From Chiloscyllium plagiosum (Eukaryota): a stretch of DNA of 64,000 bases. This document shows positions 1 through 13,255 of this stretch, one piece after another. The first letter of the stretch is position 1. Each line of letters begins with the position of its first letter. The notes below the pieces were generated by a model. It was not told the origin of the DNA and did no database searches. It saw only the letters and a program-made list of their open reading frames with translations. The translations under genes and the position numbers were made by a program. The stretch covers positions 19,668,104 through 19,732,103 of the forward strand of contig NC_057718.1 in assembly GCF_004010195.1 (NCBI RefSeq), given 5' to 3'.

Positions 1-268
1 GACTATTAAATCAATCTGCCCCAATTTTACCACCCCTCAACTCTTACATCCCCGCAGACTCTTAAGAATCAAAACGCTTTCAGCTCCTACCTACCTCCAA
101 TCCGATTACACGACCAACTCCACCAACCCCAACCATTTTCCCGACCCACCCCAGTGTTGAATGTGAGTTACCCCTTTGCCAAGCTGATCATCGTCCCCAT
201 CCTGACAATAGCTCCCAAACACCACTCACCCCAGCAGAAGCCACCTGCATAAGCACTCATTTCACTTT

Positions 269-887
269 GAATTAGAATTACTTTTATTGTCACGTGTATT
301 TAAGTACAGGAATACATGAGTATAAGTGAAAAGTATATAAAGTAGCCAGTCTCAGGCGCCATCTTGGTTGCAAAAACAGAATTTTAAAACAAAGCAACAG
401 CAGAAATAAAAGCATGCCAAAAGGTAGGATAAATGTCCAGAACTTAAAGTCAAATCAAGTCTAAGTCCTATCTCCATAAAGGTGTTTGGAAGCACCAATG
501 CAGACACCCAGGCCTAACCAAGGCCTCGAGTTAGGCCCAGGCCTGGAGTCTCAGTCAGCTCGCAGGTCGCACATCTCACTGGGAGAAGCCACCTTTTAGC
601 CGCTGTCACCTCCGATCACTGGAGGAGCTTTGCTGCCGGCCATGAACGCTGGGAGGATCCACGTCCTTGCTGTCACCCCCACCTCCAATCAGCAGGAGGC
701 TGCTGCCATTCTGCACACGACCCACTCTTGCTACCGATGGAAAGATTAATCCTCCACAAAAGGCTTTAAAGAAAAACAAAAAAAAAGTGAGAAAGAAAAA
801 GACCAAAAGTTTGAAAGACTATGGGAGAGGACGAGCCCTGTACTCAGGAGCCCTGTGCTCGCAGCCCTGCTACTCTGCTGCCATCTT
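269..887 (-). mobile_element. Non-autonomous non-LTR element, Rex1/Babar-like (5' head + 3' tail)
   Basis: The minus strand starts AAGATGGCAGC, has an internal AAGATGGCGCC, and ends cacgtgacaataaaagt(aattct)n, resembling Rex1-type 3' tails. There is no ORF. Confidence 0.4.
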
Positions 888-2035
888 TTAAATAGCCTGG
901 TACCTTACCAGGCACCTCATTGATCTCACCATCCTTGCACAATCACTCCCCTCACCCAGCTGGTACCCGAAACCTTCAACCAACTGCCACCAAACGCACA
1001 CTTAGCCTTTCACGGAAGTTGTCAAAGTGTATGGCTGTGCTGTTAGACATTTACAGAACACACCACACTGATTGCAGCAAAAGAGGGCTTGCTTTCTATG
1101 GCGATTGTCTTTGCTGTTGGGTTGGTGGATTTTGGGGCAGATTCATCACCAGGGGCTTCTGTCCAGGAATCTCCAGTGTGTAAATCATTGAAAGGTAAGT
1201 GGGTAATTTTTAATCCAGTCAGGGCTGTCCAATTCTAATCAGAATATCTGGAACTTCATTTTGCACAGAATAATTATGCAACATTGAATGAGATTTGTGA
1301 AAACACTTCCACTTCACTCCATACTCTGTACAATACATGGTATTTACTTATTGAAGAACATGGAAGATCATATCTTTCCTGATGGCTTCCAGGTTCCAGA
1401 CATACAAGCAGTAAGTTAACCTTCATTGCAATGTGATCTGAGTACAACAGTAAAGAAGTCTAAATGTCAGTCATTTTAAAATAGCACAGGCAATTACATA
1501 GTTGCAGTTCAATTCCATTCAAATGGAATATTCTTGAGGGTTATTTGTTCAAAAACTCAAATGACAATCAGCACTAATTAGGACAGGCATGATCCAAACT
1601 GACCACTCTTCTTGTCTGAGGGAGTGACAAACCAGGTTGCGTGTGGAAAATAGATATTTATCCACATTTATGCCGCTATTAGTAATGGGTCAAACCCAAA
1701 GCTGAGGGCATCAAAGTAAAATCTTGAAGCAATTGCTGCTAAGCTTGATTTTCTACTTCATGTCATCATGAGAGCAATATGAACATAATGACTGCCGCAA
1801 TGAAAGATGTGGTTTTAAAGCATGCATTATGCGAGAAGGGCCCTAATTTTACAGCAAAACTGAATCTTCTGGTTTCTAGGGAAACATAAAACTGAGATTG
1901 GAAACCAAACCTGCTAGGAAACTGAACCTGGTTGAAATCAAAGGACACAGAGCCAAGCCCAGAAGATAGACCCAGTGATGCAGAATACAGGTGGAAATGT
2001 AAGACAACATAGAAACAGTAGCACATGTAAGGAAA

Positions 2036-2397
2036 TCATAGAATCCCTACCGTGTGGAAGCAGGCCATTCAGCCCATCGAGTTCACATTGACCACCACCT
2101 TCCCCCCGAAGGACATCCCATCCAAATCCACCTTCCTACACTAGCTCTATAACCTGCATTTCCATGCCTAACCTATCTAGCCTGCATGTTCCTGGACGCA
2201 ATGGGTAATTCAGCATGGCCAATCCACCTAAGCTGCACATCTTTGGATTGTGGGAAGAAACCAGAGAATCCAGAGGAAATCCATGCAGACATGGGGAGAA
2301 AGTGCAAACTGCACACAGTTGCCCAAGGTTGGAATTGAACCTGGGTCCCTCGTGCTGTGAGGCAGCAGCGCTAACTACTGAACCACCACACTGTCCC
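2036..2397 (-). mobile_element. HE1-type tRNA-derived SINE
   Basis: tRNA-like head, V-domain core (gtttgcactttctcccc...ccacaatccaaagatgtgcag) and CR1-like tail ending (ttctatga). Confidence 0.85.
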
Positions 2398-2559
2398 TAA
2401 ATATCGCCTTAATGGTCTACCACTGTTTTCCTGTTCTCCTTCCTTTTAGCCTTGTTTCTCAGTTCACTTTAGCCACTTCTTCCTTCATGCCATTACTGTA
2501 TTTTGGTTTTGGTGTGGCTTAAATCACTGGTCTTAGAAGCAGACTTTTCCCTTTCATGA

Positions 2560-3195
2560 TTCATGACCGATATTTCATAATTATCAGCAGATAAATACTT
2601 CAATGAGAAGGAAAGACTACAGGAGAAGGTGGCAAATGAAGGAAGTTAAAGAAATTGAAAGAAATACAATGCTGCTAAGATAAGCATTAGGCTAGAAATT
2701 TGGGAACCTTTTAGAAACCAGCAAAGGGTGACAAACAAAATAAAAGTAATTGGAGTATGAAAGAAAACTGGCCAAAAACAAATAAAGTTTGTACAAGTAT
2801 ATAAAAAGGAAAAGAGAAGTGAATGTGAGCTAAAGAGAGAGAGAGGGTAAACAGAATGGAAAACAAGAAAAAGGCAGCAAAGCATTTTGTATTGAATTTC
2901 ACGGTAGAAAACAGATAAATCATCCTAAGAATAATAGAAAATCAGGGTCAAAAGAGAGGGAAAAACTTTAAACAATAAAAACCAAAAGGTGTTTGGAGTA
3001 CTGAGTGGGACTAAAAAGTTGACAAGTCCCCTTGGGGTTAATGGCCTGCATCCTATCATGAAAAGGAAGTGGCTGCAGAAATAGTGGATGCATTGGCTGC
3101 ATCTAAAATTCCCTCGGTTCTGCAGAAAAATCCAATAAATAACACCATTATCGAAGGGGAGGAACTATATAAAAATTATAGGACAGATTCCAACT
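2560..3195 (+). mobile_element. Degenerate CR1 ORF2 fragment (linker and RT N-terminus)
   Basis: Decayed VDKSP..GLHP..KEVAAEIVDAL motif. An opposite-strand CR1-like piece adjoins it at about 2400-2560. Confidence 0.6.
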
Positions 3196-4527
3196 TCTGT
3201 GTAACCACTCGGTTTGCAGCGTTGAGAGATGTGAATGAGATATCTCACAACAGCAATTGGATGGCTGGACTTGGTTCCAGCCGTCATTTCTCCCTTTACC
3301 AATTCTAGCCTTGCTGTTCAGGGGACAGTGATACTGCAGAAGTAGCTACATTTGCTTTAGGTGAAATACTTGTGACTCTTCAAAACAATTCATTATCTGA
3401 AATGGTTTATAAACTTTTGGTTTGATAGCAGCAATTGCAAATATGATACACCCCATTTTTTTCTGTCCAAGCAAATGCCAAATGGGCGCATTATTTGCCT
3501 TAGTAAAATGAGGTGATAACAGAATTTCTTTTGAGGCAGCAGAACAGTTTGAGATGATCATTTTAACAGTAATTTAACCTGATTTCCAACTATCTGCCCA
3601 GAGACGGGCTACAAATACCCAAGAGTTCCGAAAGAAAATATCAGCAATCCCTGCACAGAACACGTCTGTGCATTAAACATAACGTACCAGTTATTTCTCC
3701 AAATGATTGGATATTAAGAAAGTTCGAGAGACATGCATGAAAAAACCAAGCTCACCACCACCCCTCAAATACAAAGCTATTGCACTGGGCAAAAGATTAG
3801 GTTAATGGATTAAAACTGTCACATTATTTAACTTCTCCATTTCAATAAAGTTTTTGTTTTAAGGTGCCAAACTTGACACTCAGTTATCATGGTTTATTTA
3901 GGTGCTAGGTCAACTTAAGGCATTTTATTATTTTGAAGGTGCTATATAAATGCAAGATTTTGCAGTAGTTTGCAAACTCTTTTCTCCATTTCACACACTT
4001 TCCCAATCTACCACAGGATTTGAAACTCCATCATGCCTCCACCACAATACTCAAATTACAACATGATTGAACAGGTAACATTGTCACTTGAGTGCAACTC
4101 CCATTTGGAATTCATCACACTTGTTACACCCTACCCCCAAAGAGAAATGAAATAGACAAGAGTCCCAACTATAAAGGAGGTAACACAGCACCTGAAGAAA
4201 GGGAGTTTTCTCTGAATAATTATGTCTAAACTTCAAAGTAAGATACCCAGGGTTACTGACTATATTAAGATGCCCTGAGGGCAGTATAAGACTCTATATA
4301 AATAATCTGGGGTCATTCTTTCCTTTGTATATATAATGTAAAGACTGGAGTGTGCTGCTCAGTTTATGTTCAGTAATTTTCTAGAAAGCACTTTGAAAAA
4401 CACCATACAACACTGTCAGAAGTTTAATGTGAGGCAGTTTACTCCTTAGTGACTTGAATCAACAGTGATTGTTACAAAATATATCAGAAAGATGAACACA
4501 GACACAATGCCACAGAAAAAGGAACAT

Positions 4528-4533
4528 TTTATT
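4528..4533 (-). terminator. Likely TTC27 polyadenylation signal (AATAAA); a second AATAAA lies at 4562-4567
   Basis: AATAAA on the minus strand about 110 nt after the stop codon, followed by a U/GU-rich tract (tttttctgtggcattgtgtctgtgtt). Confidence 0.65.
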
Positions 4534-4640
4534 GAACATTAATTTACATCTAGTGCAATGATTTATTTCAGGTTCAGAGAATCTTGGTCTCTCATTACTG
4601 GCATTTCAGTGAGAAAATGAGATTCAATTCTTCCTTTTCT

Positions 4641-4763
4641 TCATAACTGATTCCGTAGGAGGTTGCTAAGTTCTTGAAGCTCCTTTACCAAGTTGTCCAT
4701 CGTTGTTTTCTCACCAGCTAACTCACTCTGAATTTCGCCCGTCATAACATCAGTGAAAAGTTG
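4641..4763 (-). CDS. TTC27: TTC27 terminal coding exon (40 aa + TGA)
   Basis: Reads cttacag|CAA CTT TTC... and encodes [40 protein letters not shown]. This matches the recalled TTC27 C-terminus (QLFTDVATGE...MDTLVTELQDLSNQFRNQY). Confidence 0.93.
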   Translation of the reverse strand, partial: QLFTDVMTGEIQSELAGEKTTMDNLVKELQELSNLLRNQL

Positions 4764-5733
4764 CTGTAAGACAAAGGCAGAGAAAAGTAACAACTGAAAT
4801 TTAACAACCAGTTTACTGTTCTCCTATTTATTGCTACACCTATTTAATTGAGCAGCTAATTCTAACCTGGCCCCTTAATCCATCTTTCACTCTTTTTCAC
4901 TCTTTACAAACACTAGCATTAGTTACAATTAGGAAGCAGCATTGAATTCCATCAATGCTGCATTGCCATCAGCTAACACCACAGCTGGATTTTTAAAATA
5001 AATGTTAATGCTTAAAACTGTTACATCAGAAAATGCATTCATTGAATAAACCTACCTGTTAAAAACCAAGACCCTACATTGACTTTTGACCCAGATGGTA
5101 GAATGGTTATTCCAGTGTACCTTAGGTAAATGTCAAGCATCTTCTTGACCACAAGTATGCAACAATGCTTCACAACCCAACACTATATTTGCCCCTAAAA
5201 ATACCAACAGTGCAATGTAATCAAATTGCAAATACAAAAACAAAACTTGAAAGATGCTAGAAATCGAAATTAAAAAGAGAAATGGTCTGAAATGCTCAAT
5301 AGATCAGCCATCTGCTTTTCTTTGATCTAGTCACAAACTCTGCAAGTTTGAGCTTAAAGACATTTGCAGGAGTGAAGCTAGAGGCAATTTTGGAGCTCGG
5401 ATGACCTACTGTTTTCGTTATCAGAGTGCCTTTATACAACATATTACCTTGAATTGTGAAAATTGCTCAAAGGGGCTTTAGGTGAAATATTTTGAGCTAT
5501 GACGAAAGCTGCAAAGATAGGGCCTTCTGTTCCTGCCTCCATCAAAATAAATTGTCAGCAGTAAAGCTAAACAGTACTCATCAGAGACATCATTTCTAAT
5601 ATTTTTGGCACTGAGCGGAAAACAAGATGAGACCCTGAGCTCAGTAAATGTATTTCCAGTACTTCTAAGTTGTATATGCCCTGTCCAAACACCCTTAACA
5701 GTCTTGGAAGACTGAATGAGATATAGTCATTTT

Positions 5734-6080
5734 GGGCGGCACAGTGGCTCAGTGGTTAGCACTGCTGCCTCAAAGCACCAGGGATCCGGGATCGATTCCA
5801 GCCTCAGGGCGACTGTCTGTGCAGAGTTTGCACATTACCCCTGTGTCTGCGTGGATTTCCTCTGGGTGCTCCAGTTTCCTCCTACAGTCCAAACATGTTC
5901 AGGTTTGGTGAATTGGCCATGCTAAATTGCCCATAGAGTTCAGGAATGTGTAGGTTAAGTCTATAAGTCGGAGGTAAATATAGGGTATGGGAATTGGTCT
6001 GTGTGGGTTACTCTTCAGAGGGTTGGTGTGGACTTGTTGGGCCGAAAGGCCTGTTTCCACACTGTAGAGATTCTATTCTA
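5734..6080 (+). mobile_element. HE1-type SINE
   Basis: gggcggcacagtggctcagtggttagcactgctgcctca head (A box), core, and a tail ending gattctattcta. Confidence 0.88.
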
Positions 6081-7011
6081 TTACTGGAGCGATTTCATGC
6101 CCGTAGACTCCATCGTGGGGCTGATCCATTGCATGGTACAAATCACTGTATAAAATGTGCTTCATATTTGGAAGAAAGAAGCGTATTCAGATCCATGAAA
6201 GTGAAACATTTAAACTGCACTCATTTTACACAACAGGAATTGGAGATTCTGGAAATCTGTTGTTTAAAATGATTTATAAGAGCAGAAATCAATATGTTTT
6301 ACAAATCACACAGTTACACATGCACTAGGCTGTAGAAAACAAGTGAATTTGTTTTGTTTTAATAAACTCATCAGTGGTGAGTCAGCAGTCATTGCCCATC
6401 CCTAACTGCCCTTGAGAAAACGGTGGTGAGTTGCCTTCTTGAACTGCTACAATTCATTTGCTGTAGGTATACCCAGAATGCCGTTAGGGAAGGGAATTTT
6501 GGGATTTTGACCCAGTGACACTGAAGGAATGGTGATTTATTTCCAAGTCAGGATGAGGAGTGGCTTGCAGGGGAGCTTGCAGGTGGTGATGTTCCCATGA
6601 TTCTGCTGCCCTTGTCCTTCCAGAGAGTATTGGTCATAGGGTTGAGTGCATCCTGTAGATAATACGCATTGCTTTTACTGAGGAAGGGAGTGAATGTGGA
6701 TGTGCTGCCAATCAATTGGGCCATTGTATCCTGGATGGTGTCAAGCTTCTAGAGTGCTATTGGAGCGGCATTCATCCAGGCAATTGCATCTATTCCATCA
6801 CACTTCTGATTTTAGCCTTGTAGATGGAAGACAGGGGTTTTGGTGGAGACAAAAGTGAGTTATTCATTGCTGGACTACTAGCTATTGACCTGCCCTTTTA
6901 TATGGTGATTCCAGTTCAGTTTTGAGTCAATGATAATGCCCAGGATACTGACAGTGAGGGATTATGTGATTGCAATATCACTGAATGTCAAGGGGCAATA
7001 GTTAGATTCTA

Positions 7012-7593
7012 GTGAGAATGGAGAAGATTTGTCGCTCAACTTGAAGTTCTGGATGTACATTTGCTCGCTGAGCTGGAAGGTTCATTTTCAGACATTTCGT
7101 CACCATATTAGGTAACATCAGTGAGCCTCCAGTGAAAAACTGGTGTTAGTGACCCACTTTCTATTTATGTATTTAAGTTTCCTTGGGTTGGTGATGTCAT
7201 TTCCTGTTCTTTTTATCAGAGGGTGGTAAGTGGGGTCCAAGTCAACGTGTTTGTTGATAGAGTTCTGGTTGGAATGCTCTGCTTCTAGGAATTCTCGTGT
7301 GTCTCTCTGTTTGGCTTGTCCTAGGATGGATGTGTTGTCCCAGTCGAAGTGGTGTCCTTCCTCATCTAAATGTAAGGATACTAGTGAGAGTGGGTCATAT
7401 CTTTTTGTGGTAAAAACAAGGACTGCAGATGCTGGAAACCAGATTCATTATAGTGGTGCTGGAAAAGCACAGCAGTTCAGGCAGCATCCGAGGAGTAGGA
7501 AAATCGATGTTTCAGGCAAAAGCCCTTCATCAGGAATGCTTTTTGTGGCTAGTTGATGTTCATTTATCCTGATGGCTAGTTTTCTGCCTGTTT
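7012..7593 (-). mobile_element. Penelope-like element fragment (GIY-YIG endonuclease end + pLTR)
   Basis: After removing the 7411-7538 insert, it translates to QTGRKLAIRINEHQLATKRYDPLSLVSLHLDEEGHHFDWDNTSILGQAKQRDTREFLEA..NSINKH. It has an 11-bp TSD, gttagattcta (7001-7011 / 7594-7604). Confidence 0.85.
7411..7538 (-). mobile_element. Penelope pLTR-derived mini-element with a hammerhead-like motif
   Basis: CTGATGA-A-GGGCTTTTGCCT-GAAAC on the minus strand, with a 10-bp TSD ctttttgtgg (7401-7410 / 7539-7548). Confidence 0.8.
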
Positions 7594-7734
7594 GTTAGAT
7601 TCTATTTTGGAGATGGCAATTACCTGCTACTTGTGTGGCATGACTGTTATTTGCCACTTGCAAGCACAAACTACATACTGTCCATGTCTTGCTGCATTTG
7701 GACATGAACTGCTTCAGTATCTCAGGTTTTAAAA

Positions 7735-7955
7735 AAAAGCAAAATATTGTGGATGCTGGAAATCTGAATCAAACAGAAACTCAACAGGTCTGGCCATATC
7801 TGTGGGGAGAGAAACAGAGCTAACATTTTGAGTCTGGTTTCAGTTCTCTGCCTCTGTCAGAAGTATAAAAAATAACCTATTTTGCAACACCTTTCAGTTC
7901 TGAAGAAAAGTCATACCTGATGCTGCCAGATCGACTGAATTTCTCCAGCATTTTC
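7735..7955. mobile_element. Older Penelope pLTR-derived element with inverted ends
   Basis: aaagcaaaatattgtggatgctggaaatctg...ctgaagaaaagtca...tttctccagcatttt. Related fragments occur near 5245-5310, 17720-17875, 19905-19980, 20600-20740 and 42340-42465. Confidence 0.55.
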
Positions 7956-10027
7956 AGGAGCATGAGGAGTCACAAATAGTGCAGAACATTGAGCAATGAT
8001 TTGTGAATATCCCACTTCTGAGTTTACGCTGGAGGGATGGCCATTGATGAAGCAGTTGAATTTGGTTGGGCCTGAAACTTTCTTCAGCCAAAGATCTATG
8101 TTAAATCAACCTTTGCTGAGTTACCATTTCCCATTCCTCCCTACCCCAACCCGTTGTGCTAAGGATAAAATATTCAACTATTTTGGATCAGAAGTGGATT
8201 ACATCACAAATGTTTGCTTTACAGCTCACCTTCTATGTAAAACTGCTCTTTTGTTCTATACTAAGTTAAAAAGAAAAGGACTAGTGGGTTCCCACAGGCT
8301 TTTGAATGATGAATTCAGAAGTGAAGGTCAATTAATCTTCAAACTGATAAGTCTAGCCTTGACTGCCAACACTACAAAGGAGAAAAGGAACAATGGGTGG
8401 GTGAACATGGAAGGCCCCACATTTCTAACACATCCAACAGGGTCACACACATTTTACTGAATCCTGCACAATAATATGCATCAGTTTTGGTTGCCCCACC
8501 ATCAGAAGATCAAATGCAATCATAATTTAGTTCATTGATCCTTATGAAAACCTAAGTACTTAAGCTGGTGATTTGTACGTGTGCTTCATGTACAGATTTC
8601 TAAATTAAACTCTGTCGAAGAATTAAGTTGTACCCCTGAGTCACTTCAAGGCTGAAGGTGCTTATGGAATTGCACACTGGCAAGAGTCAAGGTATTTGGG
8701 AAATGAAGAGAAAGAGTAAGAAGAAATAAACAAAAGAACACAATTTTTTTTTGAAAAGAAATTGAAGACAAAGTAAATTGAAAATGATTTCTACTGAAGC
8801 TAAATGTTTTCTGTGGAGGGGAAGGGAACAGAGGATGACTATCCAAATAGCAGTGCCCCATTTGTAAAACAGATGTGCTTCTGAACTAGCTTGTAAAAAG
8901 CTCCTGTAATATGCAAGATAATAAATGTGTCAATATTAACCACAATAGCTTCCTTTGTGACCAAATGGGAAAAAAATTCAATAAAGACATTTTGTTTCCA
9001 AATAACAAGGAAATTTATGGGGTAATTTTAACGCTGATAGCAACAGGAGCAAATTTTACAAAAACATTAGCGTTCCCGAAAACACCCCCTGCACCCCACC
9101 CATATGCTCAATTGTACAAATGAAGAATAAATGGTTGCTCTGTTGGTTGAATGTTTCGAAGAATACTGCAACCAGAAGAATAATGCACATTGACATTTCT
9201 CTGAATGGCTCACTCCCTCTGAGAAAGAGACTGGGCTCGAGTCCACTTCACACCAGAGGACCCAACATTTGGTCACATGTTATAAGGAAATCACAATCAC
9301 CCAAACCCAGAACAAACTATTATATTAACATATTGAACATTGCTTGTTTTTTCATTTTTATTCCTTTATCCTGAGAAGACTCCGAAGTAACTTTATACTT
9401 GATACATCAGTCTGAATATTAACCAGGGTGGGTTATGTTTGTGGGAGTGGGGTGGAGTTAGGGATAGGAAGACGTCCCTACAGAAATGAGTCAAACAGAT
9501 GTTTAAATCTTAATGGTTCAAAAACTGATTCTATGCCATCCACTTCTGGTCTTCATGGAGGTGGACAATGTTGGGAGATGTCATCCTGGTCCCAAGAGGT
9601 GGATTAACGATTGAAATGTTTTAATGAAGCTAACTGCTTCTGATTCCCTCAGCGTTTACAGGTTGTATAGTAAACAGATGGGTTCTCGGCAGCTGAAGGG
9701 AGGCGAATATAGATTTGGGAGAGGGGTGAGTGCCTCTCCGGCACCGCTTGTGGGCCAGGGAGAGCGGGAGTGTTTTCATCACAGATTTGGAAATCTGATC
9801 TATGTGGTGGTGTAGCGTGCTCTGGAATCCTTCCTTGCTTGGCAGACATTGGAGTTAAAACTAAAAGGTCTTCTAGCATTCCATCAGTGAAGTAAACTGC
9901 TTTGACATTTCCATTGCTAAGAAAAATATACGGCAATACAGGAAGATGCACTGTTTTGCAGTTCAGGATACACGCACGCAGTCTGTGCACCAGATGTACA
10001 GGGAATGTCAATTCTAAATCAAATTGA

Positions 10028-10148
10028 AGGGCTTTTGCCCGAAACATTGATTTTCTTGCTCCTTGGATGCTGCCTGACCTGCTGTGCTTTTCCAGTACTA
10101 CTCTATTCTAGACTCTGGTTTCCAGCATCTGCAATCCTCACATTTGCT
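10028..10148 (+). mobile_element. Penelope pLTR-derived mini-element, truncated within the hammerhead motif
   Basis: agggcttttgcccgaaac...tccagcatctgcaatcctcacatttgc, with a 13-bp TSD taaatcaaattga (10015-10027 / 10149-10161). Confidence 0.8.
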
Positions 10149-11813
10149 TAAATCAAATTGATGTCAGACTATCTCTTGTTCAGTTTGGATTACTACAACA
10201 GAGAACAGATCAGTCACTCTTGGACACATTGTATTGATAACCTATGGGTTATTTTAGATCACTTTAATTAAACACCCCGTAAGTCAAATACCATCCCAAT
10301 TTGAAACAATATTGCTGTTCCTTCAATAGTAGCTGCATTTCGAGACAGCAGCTCACTATTAAGGACAATTAAGGGATCGGCAATGAATGGCAGTCCTGCC
10401 AGTGACACCCACACCTTGTGCACAAAATGTCTTCCCGTCAGGCACACAATGTTCCCACCCAAAACGTTCTCATCTATACAGTATCCAACACACCAGATTC
10501 AGGAATATGTAACTTCTGCAATGGGGTTCTCTTGCAGTTCTGAGATCTCCATTAAGCCGGTATTCAATGTGGCACCATACTGAACAGCACAATCTGGCAG
10601 CTGTATTGTGTTGCACAGTTTCTGTTGTAACTTGTGATTTGATTCCTGGATTACAATCCTACCTGAAGATTGTCTAAAAAAGGTAACAGCACATTTCCAA
10701 GAACAACGTGGCAGTAGTCCAGGGGAAAATGACAACGTGTATAAAGGCTTCAGACCCTCTCACCTATGCAGTGTTTGAAAACGTCTTAATTTACTTGGTT
10801 TAGGTTATGCACTCCATCTGCAGTAACTTATGAATTTGTGATGTTCAAACACAACTGAGATTAGAGAATAAAGTTTCAGAAACTATGTTGGAAGTGTGTT
10901 GGCGGGTACTCTTTGAAGTTGGATTGGGTGTAAGTAGACAAGCATTTTAATGAGCTCGAGACAGACTCTCATCACTACATTGCCAAATGGTAGCATAAAC
11001 TTTCGAAACCATTTCCTCTGTTCAGACCTTGCCAGAGCCTTCCTCCACAATTAATATTTAAGAATTGTAGCCATTAATCTATGCCTTTCAACTGAAATTC
11101 AAATAATCAATGTACAACTTTAGAAATTTATATTGGACGAACAATGTAAAGCTGAAGACAAATTTTCTTCACTGAATTTTGAAATAACATCACTGGTTTC
11201 CAAGATATTAATTTGTTTAACATGCACCAGAGTTGGATCCAGTGCTATGTGAAAGTGCCTCATCAACAGTTGATATTCCAATCAGGTATTAGAAATGGTT
11301 CATGCTTTTCAACCTATATTGGCTGTTAATAATAATGGAAATCCTACTGCTGCCATAGTGTTACTAAAATTGACATGGCTTTGAAAGGTAACAGTGCTGT
11401 GAGGTGTAGCAAGAGAAACATATTAACAAGAATGGATCTCTCAAGAACAGAGAGATTTCCAGGACAGCTAAAGAATTCAAGAAACTGAACTGTAACATCA
11501 AACAGATCTCAGCGATCTGAATTCATGAATTGAGGATTAATGCTGACAAGAATTATTTTTATATTCCAACCTCTAAAACATTATATGCAGAAAAGCTATT
11601 GTGGGCCTGTGAAACATTACACTGACATTCAGTACTGGCGTTTCAGAACAGTGGAAGTAGATCTTGACATAAAAGTGGCAGTCTAACTTCAATATCTGTA
11701 ACTCATACCATGTTCCTAATATCTCATAAAGGGTTGACAGCTCAGCCACACCATTGCAATGAATGAATAACAAAGAATTTTACAGAATGAATATATCGTT
11801 CACTGTTTGATCT

Positions 11814-12308
11814 CATAAGACCATAAAATTAGGCCATTTGGCCCATTGAATTTGCTGCGTCATTCAATATTGGCTTATATATTTCTCAGTTCCATTCTCC
11901 TAGCTTCTTCCTGTAACCCTTGATCCCCTTACCAATTAAGAACTTATCTGTCTTAAATATGCTCAATGGCTTGACCTCCGCATCCCCCTCAGCAATAAAT
12001 TCCACAGACTAACCACCCTCTGACTGAAGAAATCTCTCCTCATCTCAGTTCTAAAGGGTTGTTCTTTCACTCTGTGGCAATACCCTCAGGTCCTCGTCTC
12101 TCCTACTAGTGGAAACATCTCTTCCACGTATATTCTATCCAAGTCTCCGAGTATTCTATAAGTTTCAATCAGATCCCCCTTTTCTTACTAAACTCCATCC
12201 TGTGTAGACCCAGAGTCCTCAACTGCACATGTGCAAAGCCCTTCATCCTGGGATCATTCTTGTAAATCTCTTCTGGACCCCCTCCAATGCCAGCACATTT
12301 TCCCTCAG
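11814..12308 (-). mobile_element. CR1 LINE 3' end
   Basis: Typical CR1 RT C-terminus and 3' UTR on the minus strand (FFSQRVVSLWNL-like), ending in a (tcttatg) tail. Confidence 0.75.
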
Positions 12309-12444
12309 AATTGATTTGATTTATGGTTGTCACACATGTCAAAGTACAGGGAAAAGTTTTGTTTTCAATCTTGGCTCACTTGGAACCTACAATAAGCAAG
12401 AAAATCACTGCCAATATTAGGTGCGTATTGCTCATTTCAAACGC

Positions 12445-12660
12445 ATAATTCTCATGGGTGGTGCTAGCCATTAACAGTCTCCATTAACAGCTATTCATAC
12501 TCTTAGCCAGATTGTTACCCACTCTTTTGTCTGTCTATCTGCTCTTCTCTCTCTTTGGGCTCTATCCCCACCTATCACTTACTCTTTACCTGCTCCCCCC
12601 ACCACATCATCTGCATATAAACCTACATTTTCCTAGATACCATCAATTATGAGGAACTCA
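12445..12660 (+). mobile_element. Old Penelope 3' fragment
   Basis: Shares the pyrimidine-rich 3' region found in reverse orientation at 14150-14330. Confidence 0.45.
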
Positions 12661-12789
12661 CTATCACTTCTTGCTATCAATTTAATTTCATATCTTACTA
12701 ACAAAGCATCCCACTCCCTCTGCCCATCTGTTTCTTAAAATGTACCTCCTTGACCAAGCACCTGCCAATTTCAATCTGTGTCACAAGCT

Positions 12790-13255
12790 CATTGACCTTG
12801 TGTCATATATTGCATGCATTTAAGTACAGCACTCTCAGTCCTACGTTTACTCCCCCATTCTCATAGCTGTCCCCTCATCTGCTCTATCTGAGGTTAGATT
12901 CCTGATTTTTTCCACACTCTGTCCTTTTACATGTTCTGGAAACTTTAATAATCTCTGCTGAGACATCATTCCCCCCCTTTAACCATTTCTATAATTTTCC
13001 ATACAACTGAATCCCCCTATTTAGATTAAAGTCCTATCCACTGCCCAGGTTATGGAATTCACCAGGTATCTTGCCCCTGCATGATTCCAGTGGAGCCCAT
13101 CCCATCGGAACAATCCTTCCCAGTAGTGGTGCCAATGTCCCGTGATTTCAACCCCGCTTCTCCCACACTAATCTCTGAGCCATGATCTCTTTAATCTTGT
13201 TGACCCTGTACAAATTTTCTCATGGCTTAGGTAGCAATCTGGAAATTATCGCTTC
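12790..13255 (-). mobile_element. Degenerate CR1 ORF1 end / ORF2 start
   Basis: The minus strand gives WLRD*CGRSGLKSRDIGTTTG..LFRWDGLHWN, which is like the C-terminus of the CR1 SGNH esterase ORF1 (DGLHL motif). Confidence 0.55.

Larger units (their letters stand above)
6375..8075 (-). mobile_element. 3' part of a CR1-group LINE (same family as 56875-61333), interrupted by Penelope insertions
   Basis: The minus-strand 3' tail is cagttcaagaaggcaactcaccaccg..tctcaagggcagttagggatgggcaat. An RT remnant (GPTKFNCFIN) lies near 8040-8070. Confidence 0.75.

Noticed and set aside
7996..8460. 154-aa plus-strand ORF
   Set aside because: It starts antisense within a LINE remnant and runs into intron sequence, with no recognisable domain or splice support.
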